Shown here piece after piece: positions 1 through 8,463 of a DNA stretch of 64,000 nt; the stretch's first letter is position 1; each line of letters opens with the position of its first letter. Made by a program: the position numbers and the translations under genes. The DNA comes from an uncultured virus (IMG/VR IMGVR_UViG_3300024314_000003) (taxonomy: Duplodnaviria > Heunggongvirae > Uroviricota > Caudoviricetes), in IMG/VR virus record IMGVR_UViG_3300024314_000003. One strand, written 5' to 3'. The notes under the pieces are model-generated. The model did not search any database. It was given only the letters and a program-made list of their open reading frames with translations, and was not told where the DNA came from.

Positions 1-1
1 T

Positions 2-1057
2 TTCGTCTATTTCGTCTGAGGCGTCTGTTTCGGCTCCTAGGCCAAATAGAGCATCAAATGCATCTGCTTCTCCATCTAGTGCTTTTCTCTCTTCCTGGAC
101 GATTTGATCATTAAATAGGTCTCGGGCGTATCTGGCCTCGTCGAAAGAGACTCCACCTTCTAGGTCAAAATACAGTTTTTTACCTACTTGGCCTACTCGG
201 TTCTTTGAGAACTCCATATACCTTCTACCAGAGTTTTCTTGGCCATCCCAGTCTAAGTGCATCATCGAAGTGGTCATGTGTTTTAGTTTATTTGATCCAA
301 CGAACTGGCCACCTTTTGATAATTGCAAGATAGTAACGAAAGTAGTGTATTTTTTGGGTTTATTCTTGCCTTTGTTGTGGGCGATCATCAGGTCAAGGAA
401 CCATTTTTCTGTTTTACCTCGGGTTAGACCACAAGCTTCTTTTACAGAGTCATTTACTTCGGTGTATGAATCGGTAAGTACTAGGTCCCATCCCTGGTTA
501 AGTACGGATTCGATAACTGTCTTTGGACATGAGTCGGTATAGTCTGCAAGGAAGAGGATTGGTAATTGACCCCAGTTAGGGAATCTTTGTAGGTATCTGG
601 CCATGTCGATTTGAGACATTTCAGCCGAGATGAATAGGACTGATTTACCAGCTTCATGCAAGTTGCTTAAGAGGTCTAACAGGACAGTAGTCTTACCAAT
701 ACCTGGGGCTCCTGCTGCCATGATATTAGAACCTGGCATAAAACCACCATCTTGACTTACAAATTTGTCAAATGAGGTTCCAGTAGCCATTGGCTTGAAC
801 AGGTCTTGGTTAATGTTGAGGTCGTCCAACTTAGACAACTTAATATTCATCTTACTAGGGCTCACCGTTTGCTTGTAGTGGCCTTGGTAGTCTTTACTAG
901 ATGACCAACGCGTATCTGTAATTGTTACTATACGTCCTGAATGTTTGGCCAACCAGGAGTGCTTTGGATGATCAGTTCCCACCGTAAGTGTTTCTTTTGA
1001 ATTGATGTTTGCAAGTTTGTAATCTTTGCCGGATTTTTTAAAGGTGTACTTTTGCAT
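2..1057 (-). CDS. RadA/Sms-like RecA-family ATPase (3' end runs off the window)
   Basis: Hand translation from ATG at 1057, absent from the ORF track because it is open-ended. Shows Walker A GAPGIGKTT, ISAEMS, LQLSKGGQFVGSNKLKHMTT and FSKNRVG, which parallel the RadA motifs VSGEES, HVTKxGxxAGPxxLEHMVD and KNRFG. Confidence 0.75.
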   Translation of the reverse strand, partial: MQKYTFKKSGKDYKLANINSKETLTVGTDHPKHSWLAKHSGRIVTITDTRWSSSKDYQGHYKQTVSPSKMNIKLSKLDDLNINQDLFKPMATGTSFDKFVSQDGGFMPGSNIMAAGAPGIGKTTVLLDLLSNLHEAGKSVLFISAEMSQIDMARYLQRFPNWGQLPILFLADYTDSCPKTVIESVLNQGWDLVLTDSYTEVNDSVKEACGLTRGKTEKWFLDLMIAHNKGKNKPKKYTTFVTILQLSKGGQFVGSNKLKHMTTSMMHLDWDGQENSGRRYMEFSKNRVGQVGKKLYFDLEGGVSFDEARYARDLFNDQIVQEERKALDGEADAFDALFGLGAETDASDEIDE

Positions 1058-1077
1058 AATTGTGGATGTTTAATTAA

Positions 1078-1136
1078 TTACTATACTAATATAAGCAAAA
1101 TATCTGAGATAAAAAAATATTTAGCTGTTTATTTTC
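1078..1136 (-). promoter_or_regulatory. Class I (early-type) repeated promoter element
   Basis: Reads GAAAATAAACAGCTAAATATTTTTTTATCTCAGATATTTTGCTTATATTAGTATAGTAA on the minus strand, ~20 nt upstream of the ATG at 1057; repeated at 8 other sites. Confidence 0.75.
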
Positions 1137-1145
1137 GATTTATTT

Positions 1146-1604
1146 TTAGAACCAGTTGTGGACATCAAGACTATAGGCGTTATCGGCCCAAGTCTTAGAT
1201 CCAATTGCTTTCCAGTGACCATGATCGGCCATCTTAGGGAATGAACTGTGAATGGTTCCAATCTCAATATTCTCGATAATACAATTAGCTACCGTTACGA
1301 ATTTACCAGCTTTAAGAGCCAGGGCAGTAAGATAAGTATCAGACCCAGGGTGGGTAGACTTAAGTTCAATTGTATGAAGAGCATTCTTCTGGTATCTGTT
1401 AACCAGGTTTTTAAGACTAGATTTACCATCAGAGATAGTAAAGAAACCGGCTCTACACTTAGTAACGACTCTATAGTCATATTCTACATCCCACTCAAAG
1501 CCATAATCGCTAGTGTGGAATTTGTGCATTTTACCGCCAATGTTTTGTTCGATTGTGAAGGTTGGACCGTTAGTGAGGGCGTGGTTATTTTCTTTGATGT
1601 ACAT
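1146..1604 (-). CDS. hypothetical protein
   Basis: 152-aa ORF directly downstream of a class I element, co-oriented with neighbours. Confidence 0.7.
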   Translation of the reverse strand: MYIKENNHALTNGPTFTIEQNIGGKMHKFHTSDYGFEWDVEYDYRVVTKCRAGFFTISDGKSSLKNLVNRYQKNALHTIELKSTHPGSDTYLTALALKAGKFVTVANCIIENIEIGTIHSSFPKMADHGHWKAIGSKTWADNAYSLDVHNWF

Positions 1605-1633
1605 AATGTGGATGTTTTAATTAACTTGATTAG

Positions 1634-1708
1634 TATACTACTAATATAAGCATTTCCGGCGACAAATAAAAATTCTAGGCTGCCTATTTTTCAAAAGTTA
1701 TTAACAAT
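1634..1708 (-). promoter_or_regulatory. Class I repeated promoter element (TTTGTCGCCGGA subtype)
   Basis: Plus-strand CTAATATAAGCATTTCCGGCGACAAATAAAAA, upstream of the ATG at 1604. Confidence 0.7.
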
Positions 1709-1715
1709 CCCCCCC

Positions 1716-2186
1716 TTATTTAAAAACGAGGTTATAGCTACCATAGAAGCCTATAGATCTAGCTGTAAACATTATTGCGGTATCTGCTAGGTACCAATAC
1801 CATTTCTTAGTCTTGGCACCATGACCAACGGCGTATACTAGCATGGTTGCTTCATTGGCCCGGTGTTTAATGAATCGGGATGCATGGTTGAAATCGGTAA
1901 GGAATACTAGAGATCTACTCGAAAGCCAAAACCGCTCCTCACCGACCCTTACATGACCATCTGAGTCTACTACCCACTTGTTCTTCCAAGCCTCGGTATT
2001 GGGCCTGATCCCCCATTTCTCGAATTTGCCACTATTATAGTAGTGATATAAGTATGCTTGGTTGGCACCGTCCGAGAAGCCGGCAATTCCCTGTATGGCA
2101 GAAGCCTTCCAGATATTATTATTTAATTGAGCTGTGCATAGTAAAGGGAGAATGGTTAGTGATAAGATTGTTAAGAGTTGTTTCAT
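1716..2186 (-). CDS. secreted/membrane hypothetical protein
   Basis: N-terminal signal-peptide-like MKQLLTILSLTILPLLCTAQ. Confidence 0.65.
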   Translation of the reverse strand: MKQLLTILSLTILPLLCTAQLNNNIWKASAIQGIAGFSDGANQAYLYHYYNSGKFEKWGIRPNTEAWKNKWVVDSDGHVRVGEERFWLSSRSLVFLTDFNHASRFIKHRANEATMLVYAVGHGAKTKKWYWYLADTAIMFTARSIGFYGSYNLVFK

Positions 2187-2318
2187 AAGTAATTATATTT
2201 AAAATATTAGAAAAGTTACTATCCCCTAAAAAATAAGAAAGGACCTCATCGATTGCGCAAGCGAACACTTGTCATCTCAGAAGCCCAATCTTGGGGGTTA
2301 GGGAGTAAGTTAAGTCAA

Positions 2319-3458
2319 TTAGTTTAGCAAAGCTCCACGTTGATTATCTTGATTAAGATTACCAAATGGGTTTGGCATGTGGTTTTCATGGTCAAATGAT
2401 TTCTTACCGAAGAAGTTACCAGCCTGAACCATCAACTGTGTTGAGTCAGAGTCTTGCATATTTGATTCGATGAGGTCTTTACCATGAGTAGCAAAGTGCG
2501 TTAGGCCATTCATAACAGACCAAACAGATTGATTAGTCTTGGCACCTTTCATTTGATTTGAATCCATAGAGCCAAGATCAATCTTATTGTACGCATTCAT
2601 ATTCTCTTGTAGAGGGATCCAGTTCTCAGCTCTTTCTCCAGCATGTTTCGAGATTTGGTTATGAGCCCAAGTCATCTCAGCTACAGAAGCATGAGTGTTA
2701 TTAGCGGCTCTAACTCGATCACCGAAAGATTCAGGAGCAAAGTTGTTAGACCTCAACGCTTGCAAGTTCTCTTGGAACTTCTCCATACTTACATTATCTA
2801 GAGAGTTTAGAGTATATGTTTCCTGTGCAAGTGAGGTAGTTAGACCATTAGCACACCACATACGGTTTACATAAGGCATAACTTGGAAACCTTTCAAGGG
2901 TGAATTAGAGAAGGAAACACCTCCAGTAAAGACCTCATCGGAGAGACCTTTAACCGCAAATTCAGCTTTTGGGTTAAATGCGTTAATTCGAACAATTCCA
3001 GTAGTAGGGTCAGTAGACCAATTGGTTACGTCGAAACCATGCTTATCGATGAGGTTCTCTGTAATTCCAAGGAATTGCGAATTAGATATTGTTTGCTCGT
3101 TACCTTTAGTAATACCAATGATATTCTTGTTCACTGGGTTAAGGATCAGAGTTACTTCGTTTAATTTACCATAATTAGATGCCATTGCATTTTTCATGGT
3201 ATTGATAAATTGACTCTTAGCTTCAGGGCTAAATAGATTATCGAATTTCTTAGCGAATGCTTGGCTCATTCCGATCAAACTCAACAAGCCTTTAAAAGCT
3301 TGGCTCGTAATGCCGATTCTTTGGCCTTTATACTCGATAGTCTTGGTATCAATTAATTGAACGTCACGGAAGGGAACTACTTTTCGTAGTTGTTGTGCGT
3401 TGATGGTTTCGATTTTGCGTTGATCGAGAACGTTTGAACTTAGTGTTGTAATTGCCAT
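2319..3458 (-). CDS. DUF932-like phage protein
   Basis: 379 aa; RMWCANGL resembles the RxxCxNG motif of DUF932, plus a C-terminal SVWSVMNGLTHFATH helix. Confidence 0.55.
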   Translation of the reverse strand: MAITTLSSNVLDQRKIETINAQQLRKVVPFRDVQLIDTKTIEYKGQRIGITSQAFKGLLSLIGMSQAFAKKFDNLFSPEAKSQFINTMKNAMASNYGKLNEVTLILNPVNKNIIGITKGNEQTISNSQFLGITENLIDKHGFDVTNWSTDPTTGIVRINAFNPKAEFAVKGLSDEVFTGGVSFSNSPLKGFQVMPYVNRMWCANGLTTSLAQETYTLNSLDNVSMEKFQENLQALRSNNFAPESFGDRVRAANNTHASVAEMTWAHNQISKHAGERAENWIPLQENMNAYNKIDLGSMDSNQMKGAKTNQSVWSVMNGLTHFATHGKDLIESNMQDSDSTQLMVQAGNFFGKKSFDHENHMPNPFGNLNQDNQRGALLN

Positions 3459-3490
3459 TATAGTCTGGTTTTTTTATTACTTGATTTATA

Positions 3491-3519
3491 TATTATACTT
3501 AAATTATTAAAAAGGTTTC
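3491..3519 (-). promoter_or_regulatory. Class II promoter AAAC-N17-TATAAT
   Basis: Minus strand GAAAC-ctttttaataatttaag-TATAAT, upstream of the ATG at 3458. Confidence 0.6.
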
Positions 3520-3522
3520 AGG

Positions 3523-3909
3523 TTAAAGACCAACTTTAACCATTGAAACCGGAACTCGGTATGTTTCACCGTTAGCGGATGATTTCGCTAAGACAGGACT
3601 CTTACGAGCTCTAGATTTCCAGCCAGTAATAGTATATACCGTACCAGCATTCATAAAGGTATCTCCAAGCTTTACACCAGGCAATTCATATTTAGCATAG
3701 CGAGCGAAGTCAGTAGCTTCTTTAGTCATTACCATACCACCATCACCGATGACAGATGCTTTAACTTTAATTGAACAATTATCTCCAGAGAAAGAGATAT
3801 TACCAGTAGAGATTTCAATACCATACTCCTTAGCAACTTTAGCTAGGGCGCTATCAAGGTCTACACGAAGGGCTTTAACGGTTGGGCGGTCAAAAGATGT
3901 TACTTTCAT
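3523..3909 (-). CDS. hypothetical protein
   Basis: 128-aa ORF downstream of a class I element. Confidence 0.7.
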   Translation of the reverse strand: MKVTSFDRPTVKALRVDLDSALAKVAKEYGIEISTGNISFSGDNCSIKVKASVIGDGGMVMTKEATDFARYAKYELPGVKLGDTFMNAGTVYTITGWKSRARKSPVLAKSSANGETYRVPVSMVKVGL

Positions 3910-3938
3910 AATTTTTGTTTATTTTGATTGATTAATTA

Positions 3939-4014
3939 TTACTATACTAATATAAGCATTTCCGGCGACAAATAAAAATATTTAGCTGTTTATTTTCATA
4001 AAGTTATTAACAAT
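3939..4014 (-). promoter_or_regulatory. Class I repeated promoter element
   Basis: Plus-strand TTACTATACTAATATAAGCATTTCCGGCGACAAATAAAAATATTTAGCTGTTTATTTTC. Confidence 0.75.
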
Positions 4015-4443
4015 TTACAGGGAGCTAGTCATGTTAGTGAAAAACTCTACCGCCAGTCGGTGTTCTAGTTTATAGGCTTCTTTTTCCCATGGTTGGTCAT
4101 CATAGGCAGTATTAGTATGGACAGACTTCTTCCACATGACATTATAGTGGGTATTGCACCACCTCAACTCCTTACGAGCGTACTGCTTCACATGGACCAT
4201 TTCATGACAGATGGTACTTATAAGCTCATAGACACTAAGGCCTTTTTTAAGAGTCAGTTTAAAGTCCCTGCTGAGGTCGTTTAGATTATAGCAACAGCCA
4301 TGATCTTCCATAGGCTTAATAATAGCCTTTATATTTAGGGTTCTATATCGGGGCAATAGTTTCTTAATACACCATTTAATACATTCATCAGCGATTGCCT
4401 GTTCAGAAGCTTTACCACCAGAGATTGTTACTATATTAGACAT
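4015..4443 (-). CDS. putative zincin metallopeptidase (HExxH)
   Basis: ICHEMVHVKQY followed by PWEKEAY. Confidence 0.65.
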   Translation of the reverse strand: MSNIVTISGGKASEQAIADECIKWCIKKLLPRYRTLNIKAIIKPMEDHGCCYNLNDLSRDFKLTLKKGLSVYELISTICHEMVHVKQYARKELRWCNTHYNVMWKKSVHTNTAYDDQPWEKEAYKLEHRLAVEFFTNMTSSL

Positions 4444-4471
4444 ATTTAAATTTAAAGTGAGGAAATAGAAT

Positions 4472-4548
4472 TGGTGAACCAGACAGGATTCGAACCTGTG
4501 ACCGTCTGCTTAGAAGGCAGATGCTCTATCCAGCTGAGCTACTGGTCC
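4472..4548 (-). tRNA. tRNA-Arg(UCU)
   Basis: GGACCAGTAGCTCAGCTGGATAGAGCATCTGCCTTCTAAGCAGACGGTCACAGGTTCGAATCCTGTCTGGTTCACCA: full cloverleaf, TCT anticodon, GTTCGAATC T-loop, encoded CCA. Confidence 0.95.
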
Positions 4549-4554
4549 AGATGA

Positions 4555-4752
4555 TTATTTATTAGGTAGCTTTTCAAAACTAGCTGCCAGGCCTAGTAGA
4601 CCAAGCATCATAGCAGCTACAAAGAAGCCCATGGCGTTAAGTTCACCAGCAAAGCTAATATACTTATCAATGGTTGAGGTAATAGTCATACCGGCAACGA
4701 GAAAGGCTGCAATAGACAATAGGAAGGGTAAAACGTTTAATTTAACTGACAT
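4555..4752 (-). CDS. small two-helix membrane protein
   Basis: Two hydrophobic segments; lies downstream of a class I element. Confidence 0.65.
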   Translation of the reverse strand: MSVKLNVLPFLLSIAAFLVAGMTITSTIDKYISFAGELNAMGFFVAAMMLGLLGLAASFEKLPNK

Positions 4753-4770
4753 ATCTTGTTTGTTTAATGA

Positions 4771-4829
4771 TTACTATACTAATATAAGCAATTCCGGCGA
4801 CAATAAAAAATCCAGGGCAGACTTTTTTT
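4771..4829 (-). promoter_or_regulatory. Class I repeated promoter element
   Basis: Plus-strand TTACTATACTAATATAAGCAATTCCGGCGACAATAAAAAA. Confidence 0.75.
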
Positions 4830-5019
4830 AATAAAGTTTCTCTAGGCGAGCATCTACCTCGGCCTGTTTATTAAGGAAGTATTTAAGCTTCCCGGCGAAG
4901 AAGATAATATTGTCTACCTCGAGGCGATCGGTAGCATTCGCGATTTTAGCCTGATAATAGTCAATTTTAGGCTGGTAGCCATTAGGATAACGGTTGGCAC
5001 GTGAAGTGTAATTTTTCAT
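4828..5019 (-). CDS. hypothetical protein
   Basis: 63-aa ORF downstream of a class I element. Confidence 0.65.
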   Translation of the reverse strand: MKNYTSRANRYPNGYQPKIDYYQAKIANATDRLEVDNIIFFAGKLKYFLNKQAEVDARLEKLY

Positions 5020-5049
5020 AAATGTGTTTTTTAAAGGTTGATTAACTAA

Positions 5050-5110
5050 TTACTATACTAATATAAGCAATTCCGGCGACAAATAAAAATTCTAGGCTGC
5101 TTATTTTCAA
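5050..5110 (-). promoter_or_regulatory. Class I repeated promoter element
   Basis: Plus-strand TTACTATACTAATATAAGCAATTCCGGCGACAAATAAAAATTCTAGGCTG. Confidence 0.75.
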
Positions 5111-5117
5111 TTTATTT

Positions 5118-5273
5118 TCAAATTATATGCTTTTTAATGAATTTACGGTATTTAGGGCTTGTCATGAGCATCGTCAGCACAAAATTACTAGTTTGGACGA
5201 AAATAAAGCTTACCATCTCATAGATAAAGATCAACGTGATGATATCGTTAATATTAAGGCAGTTAAAATCCAT
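5118..5273 (-). CDS. small membrane protein (51 aa)
   Basis: Hand translation MDFNCLNINDIITLIFIYEMVSFIFVQTSNFVLTMLMTSPKYRKFIKKHII; a degenerate class I element lies upstream at 5305-5347. Confidence 0.5.
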   Translation of the reverse strand: MDFNCLNINDIITLIFIYEMVSFIFVQTSNFVLTMLMTSPKYRKFIKKHII

Positions 5274-5380
5274 TTTTAATAGGGGGTGTTTTTAATTAAA
5301 TAACTTATATAGCTAATATAATCATAAAAACTGACAAATAAAAATCCAAAGTGTTAAAAAGGTGAAAAAAAGTGAAAAAA

Positions 5381-5755
5381 GGCCCCTGGGCACTGAAACA
5401 AAGCTTTAAATATGCGTATAATATAAACCAGAATAGGTCATATATGCAACTTCTCCAGACAACACTATATAATAGCTCCCAGGGCAGCTCTCCAGGGCTT
5501 CCCAGGGGCCTTTTTGCTCCAGGGGCTGTCCGGGGAGCCCTGGGAGCTCTCCAGGGCTGTTCCTGGACAGTTGCCTATAGAAGCACTATAGAGCTAGCTC
5601 TCCAGAGCAACCCTGACAAGCCGGATCACCGACATGTCCAGAGTCACCTGGAGCGTGGACAGTCCCCAGATGGCCAACAGTACCCTAGAATACAGAGGAG
5701 CCTAGAGAGACAGAGAGCTCTAGACAGCACCGGCAGTCACCGGCAAGCCCTGGTA
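5381..5755. repeat. GC-rich palindromic/CCWGG-repeat island at the strand switch
   Basis: Repeated CTCCAGGG/CCCAGGG units; perfect 12-bp inverted repeat AGCTCCCAGGGC (5474-5485)/GCCCTGGGAGCT (5537-5548); CACCGGCA x2. Confidence 0.7.
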
Positions 5756-5826
5756 AATAATTGCCCAAATATTATACCGGGTCATAGAAATTTAGTATAT
5801 TAGCTATATAAACAAATAGATACCTT

Positions 5827-5961
5827 ATGGAACAGAGTAAACAACAACGAGTAGAGGCTATTAGAGCCGAGATCATCAAATTGAAGCTAGAAACACCTTA
5901 TAGCCCAAAAATACCCAAATTACAACAGGAGCTAGATAGGCTTTTACAGGCCTCCGAGTAG
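5827..5961 (+). CDS. small hypothetical protein (44 aa)
   Basis: Hand translation MEQSKQQRVEAIRAEIIKLKLETPYSPKIPKLQQELDRLLQASE; CTATATAA upstream. Confidence 0.5.
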   Translation: MEQSKQQRVEAIRAEIIKLKLETPYSPKIPKLQQELDRLLQASE

Positions 5962-6217
5962 TCACACTAAAACGCGAATTAACGTGTGGTGGGAGGGGGA
6001 CCTTCCTTGGGGCATGCTCTAACATTAATTGTATAATTAGCAATAGTCAAAAAGCACTTAGCTAAATGTCAACCACTTGTCTCGTGTGTGATTTAAGCAG
6101 TATATACCTATGAGTGCTCCTAGATAGAAATAATATAGAAAAGCAATGTTACCCAAGCTCAAATATTCTCGAGCGTGTAAAAACCAATAAAAATACCCTA
6201 TGCGTGATATATAGAAT

Positions 6218-6736
6218 ATGAACCAACTAAATTCTCCATTTAATAAAGCGCATGCATTTGTAAATACTCCACAAGTACATACTTCAGATAATAGCCAGAT
6301 GTCAAATAGTAATAATAAGTCGCTAGCATCAAACGATTCACAAAACTCTAAGCAAAATTCGCAAATGAGTGACCAGCAATCCAAGAACAAAGCGCAAGAT
6401 ACACATGTAGATAGTAAGCAAGCAAATTTAAATGATAAGCAAGCTCAAAATCAAGCTGCACCACCAGAAGATACGTCAAGTTTCAGCCTTACAGACTATT
6501 TCAAACAGAAAGCACGAGATAGAATGATGAATCAAGTTTCAAGTAGTGCACAAGACACTCCTAACACAGCCGAACAACCTGCAGATAATTCACCTAGTCC
6601 TAGTAAACCAAAGAAGAGTCCTAAAGATCCAATGAAGCCGACGAGCTTAATGCCGCCTCCAGTAAAGATGAAACCACCCAATACATCGTTTACATCTTTT
6701 AAAACTCCTAAACTAAATATACCTAAATTTAGATAA
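6218..6736 (+). CDS. low-complexity (Q/S/N/P/K) hypothetical protein
   Basis: 172-aa ORF preceded by GATATATAG (class III motif) at 6206. Confidence 0.6.
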   Translation: MNQLNSPFNKAHAFVNTPQVHTSDNSQMSNSNNKSLASNDSQNSKQNSQMSDQQSKNKAQDTHVDSKQANLNDKQAQNQAAPPEDTSSFSLTDYFKQKARDRMMNQVSSSAQDTPNTAEQPADNSPSPSKPKKSPKDPMKPTSLMPPPVKMKPPNTSFTSFKTPKLNIPKFR

Positions 6737-6841
6737 GAAGCGCGAACACGTCGCTCTTACTCCCCACTAGCCCTCCAAGTCTTTGAGAAAAAAAGTTCAG
6801 TATAAATGAAACTTTTCTGAGACCTAGCAGTATAACTTAAG

Positions 6842-7013
6842 TCTTTAAGTCCAAGGGTAAAACCCCGACGACAGTGCACACCCCTCACTAAGCCGTCACA
6901 TGACTCCAAGGTCTCAAAGATGACCTTCTCTATTCCCTTTAATAACCCAAAAAAAGAGCCACACTATGACACTAAGTCGTCGGAGGTGCGGCGGCAGTTT
7001 AAGGACTTAGAGG
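6842..7013 (+). ncRNA. candidate structured ncRNA (6S-like rod with central bubble)
   Basis: Follows a class II promoter (6809-6836). 6842-6852 pairs with 7003-7013 (11 bp including 2 G-U), and CCGACGAC 6865-6872 pairs with GTCGTCGG 6976-6983. Internal hairpins; no ORF in the track. Confidence 0.5.
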
Positions 7014-7459
7014 TCTTAAACTAATAAAACACTATTAATAAACGTTATTTCCTACTAGGAGACAAGAAGGGCTTGGGAGACATGGACGCTTTTAGTATCG
7101 TTGACGGTGGGTGACGAGCGCACATTCACGTTATTGCCTCTATTAAAAGTGGACTATATTGAGTATGACACATTTGAGGGCTCAGAGACTCGGAGAGCGG
7201 CCCCACTACCTACCGGTACAGGGGACCTGATACTATATTAGAGTAAATTGCGATGGATTGATATTTGGATTAGAGTATTTTGAAGAAACATAAAATTGAA
7301 AAAATACGTTTTTTTAAAAGTCAATTCCAAATTTTCCCCTGACTTAGAGGGAGTATAGAGAGGCGGCGATGACTATTTAGAAAAATTTCCTAACTCAAAA
7401 AATTTCCAAGACTAAGAAGTCCTAGGAGGAATTAGAGGAATCTGAGATATATAAGGTAT

Positions 7460-8410
7460 ATGAAACAACTAAACCACTTAATTCTAATGCTAGGAATCTT
7501 TCTTCTAGCCTCTTGTAGCACACAATTTCGATTGATGGGTTACGATCAAAATAACGATGTTTCGGCGCACAATGTGTCGACGTCGATGCAACACTTCGGA
7601 GATGTTAAAATAGACACGCTATCCGAATTTCAATTTAGAAATAAACTAAGAACAGATCTAAGCTTCAGATTAGACTTTGCGCAATACGCATTGAGTCAAC
7701 CGAGGTCATTTGATTGGAATAATAGATTACTAGGAAGACAATACGATTCTAGATGGAATAATTATTATTGGAGCTGGAATAGAGATCAGATGTGGAATGA
7801 TTGGGCTTGGGGTTATACAGGCTGGAATTCTTGGGGTTCTCCTCATAGATGGTCACCATTTGGATATGATAGATGGGGATATGGAATCTACTATGGTTGG
7901 AATAATCATGGCTGGGGATATGGAAACCATTATGGATGGTATGGTTCACACTTTAATAATTATTATGGAGGATGGCCGTATTATGGTAATAACGTCTATG
8001 GAATCCCAGGTTGGAGAAGTGGCAGAACAAATACAGTGCATATTAATGGCAGACGTTCAAGTATTAGAACTGAAGTAAATAATGGAAGAAGAACTAGAAG
8101 TACGACTACTAGAAGAAGCACTAATAATACTAGGAACAATGAGGTTATCATCAATAATAGTCCGAATAGAAATAATAACACACGAGTAAGAGTTTATCAG
8201 AGACCCGAGAACAACTCTAATAATACAAACACTAGGCCAAGAATTATTAGAGAAAAACCGCCAGTGAGAAATAATCGCCCAACGTTTAACAATAATTCTC
8301 GTCCATCTAATAATAATAGACCTGTGATTAATAATTCTCGTCCATCTAATACAAGATCTTCGACACCTGTTCGTTCAAGCTCTCCTCCTTCAAGAAAAAA
8401 GGGTAATTGA
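7460..8410 (+). CDS. Bacteroidota-type lipoprotein with W/G/Y-rich and N/R/S-rich low-complexity regions
   Basis: Lipobox LLASC; aromatic/Gly-rich middle; disordered Asn/Arg tail. Confidence 0.7.
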   Translation: MKQLNHLILMLGIFLLASCSTQFRLMGYDQNNDVSAHNVSTSMQHFGDVKIDTLSEFQFRNKLRTDLSFRLDFAQYALSQPRSFDWNNRLLGRQYDSRWNNYYWSWNRDQMWNDWAWGYTGWNSWGSPHRWSPFGYDRWGYGIYYGWNNHGWGYGNHYGWYGSHFNNYYGGWPYYGNNVYGIPGWRSGRTNTVHINGRRSSIRTEVNNGRRTRSTTTRRSTNNTRNNEVIINNSPNRNNNTRVRVYQRPENNSNNTNTRPRIIREKPPVRNNRPTFNNNSRPSNNNRPVINNSRPSNTRSSTPVRSSSPPSRKKGN

Positions 8411-8463
8411 AACAATTAAGATTATTAGAGTATAATATTAAAGGATTAACTTAAACTTTTAAT

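Noticed and set aside
270..1649. Plus-strand ORFs 270..542 and 1248..1649
   Set aside because: Antisense to better-supported minus-strand genes that have their own promoter elements.
1078..5110. Class I repeats as a CRISPR-like array
   Set aside because: Copies are separated by whole genes and always sit just upstream of start codons, which fits promoters.
5372..5803. 143-aa ORF over the GC-rich island
   Set aside because: GTG start, atypical composition and dictated by DNA palindromes; probably spurious, though not excluded.
6842..7013. Retron msr-msd or tmRNA interpretation of the structured RNA
   Set aside because: No reverse transcriptase nearby; no tRNA-like acceptor/T-arm ends.
7030..7290. 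Reading frame interrupted by TAG codons, suggesting stop-codon recoding
   Set aside because: All long genes are intact in the standard code and several end in TAG; the frame has no convincing start, and no suppressor tRNA is seen.
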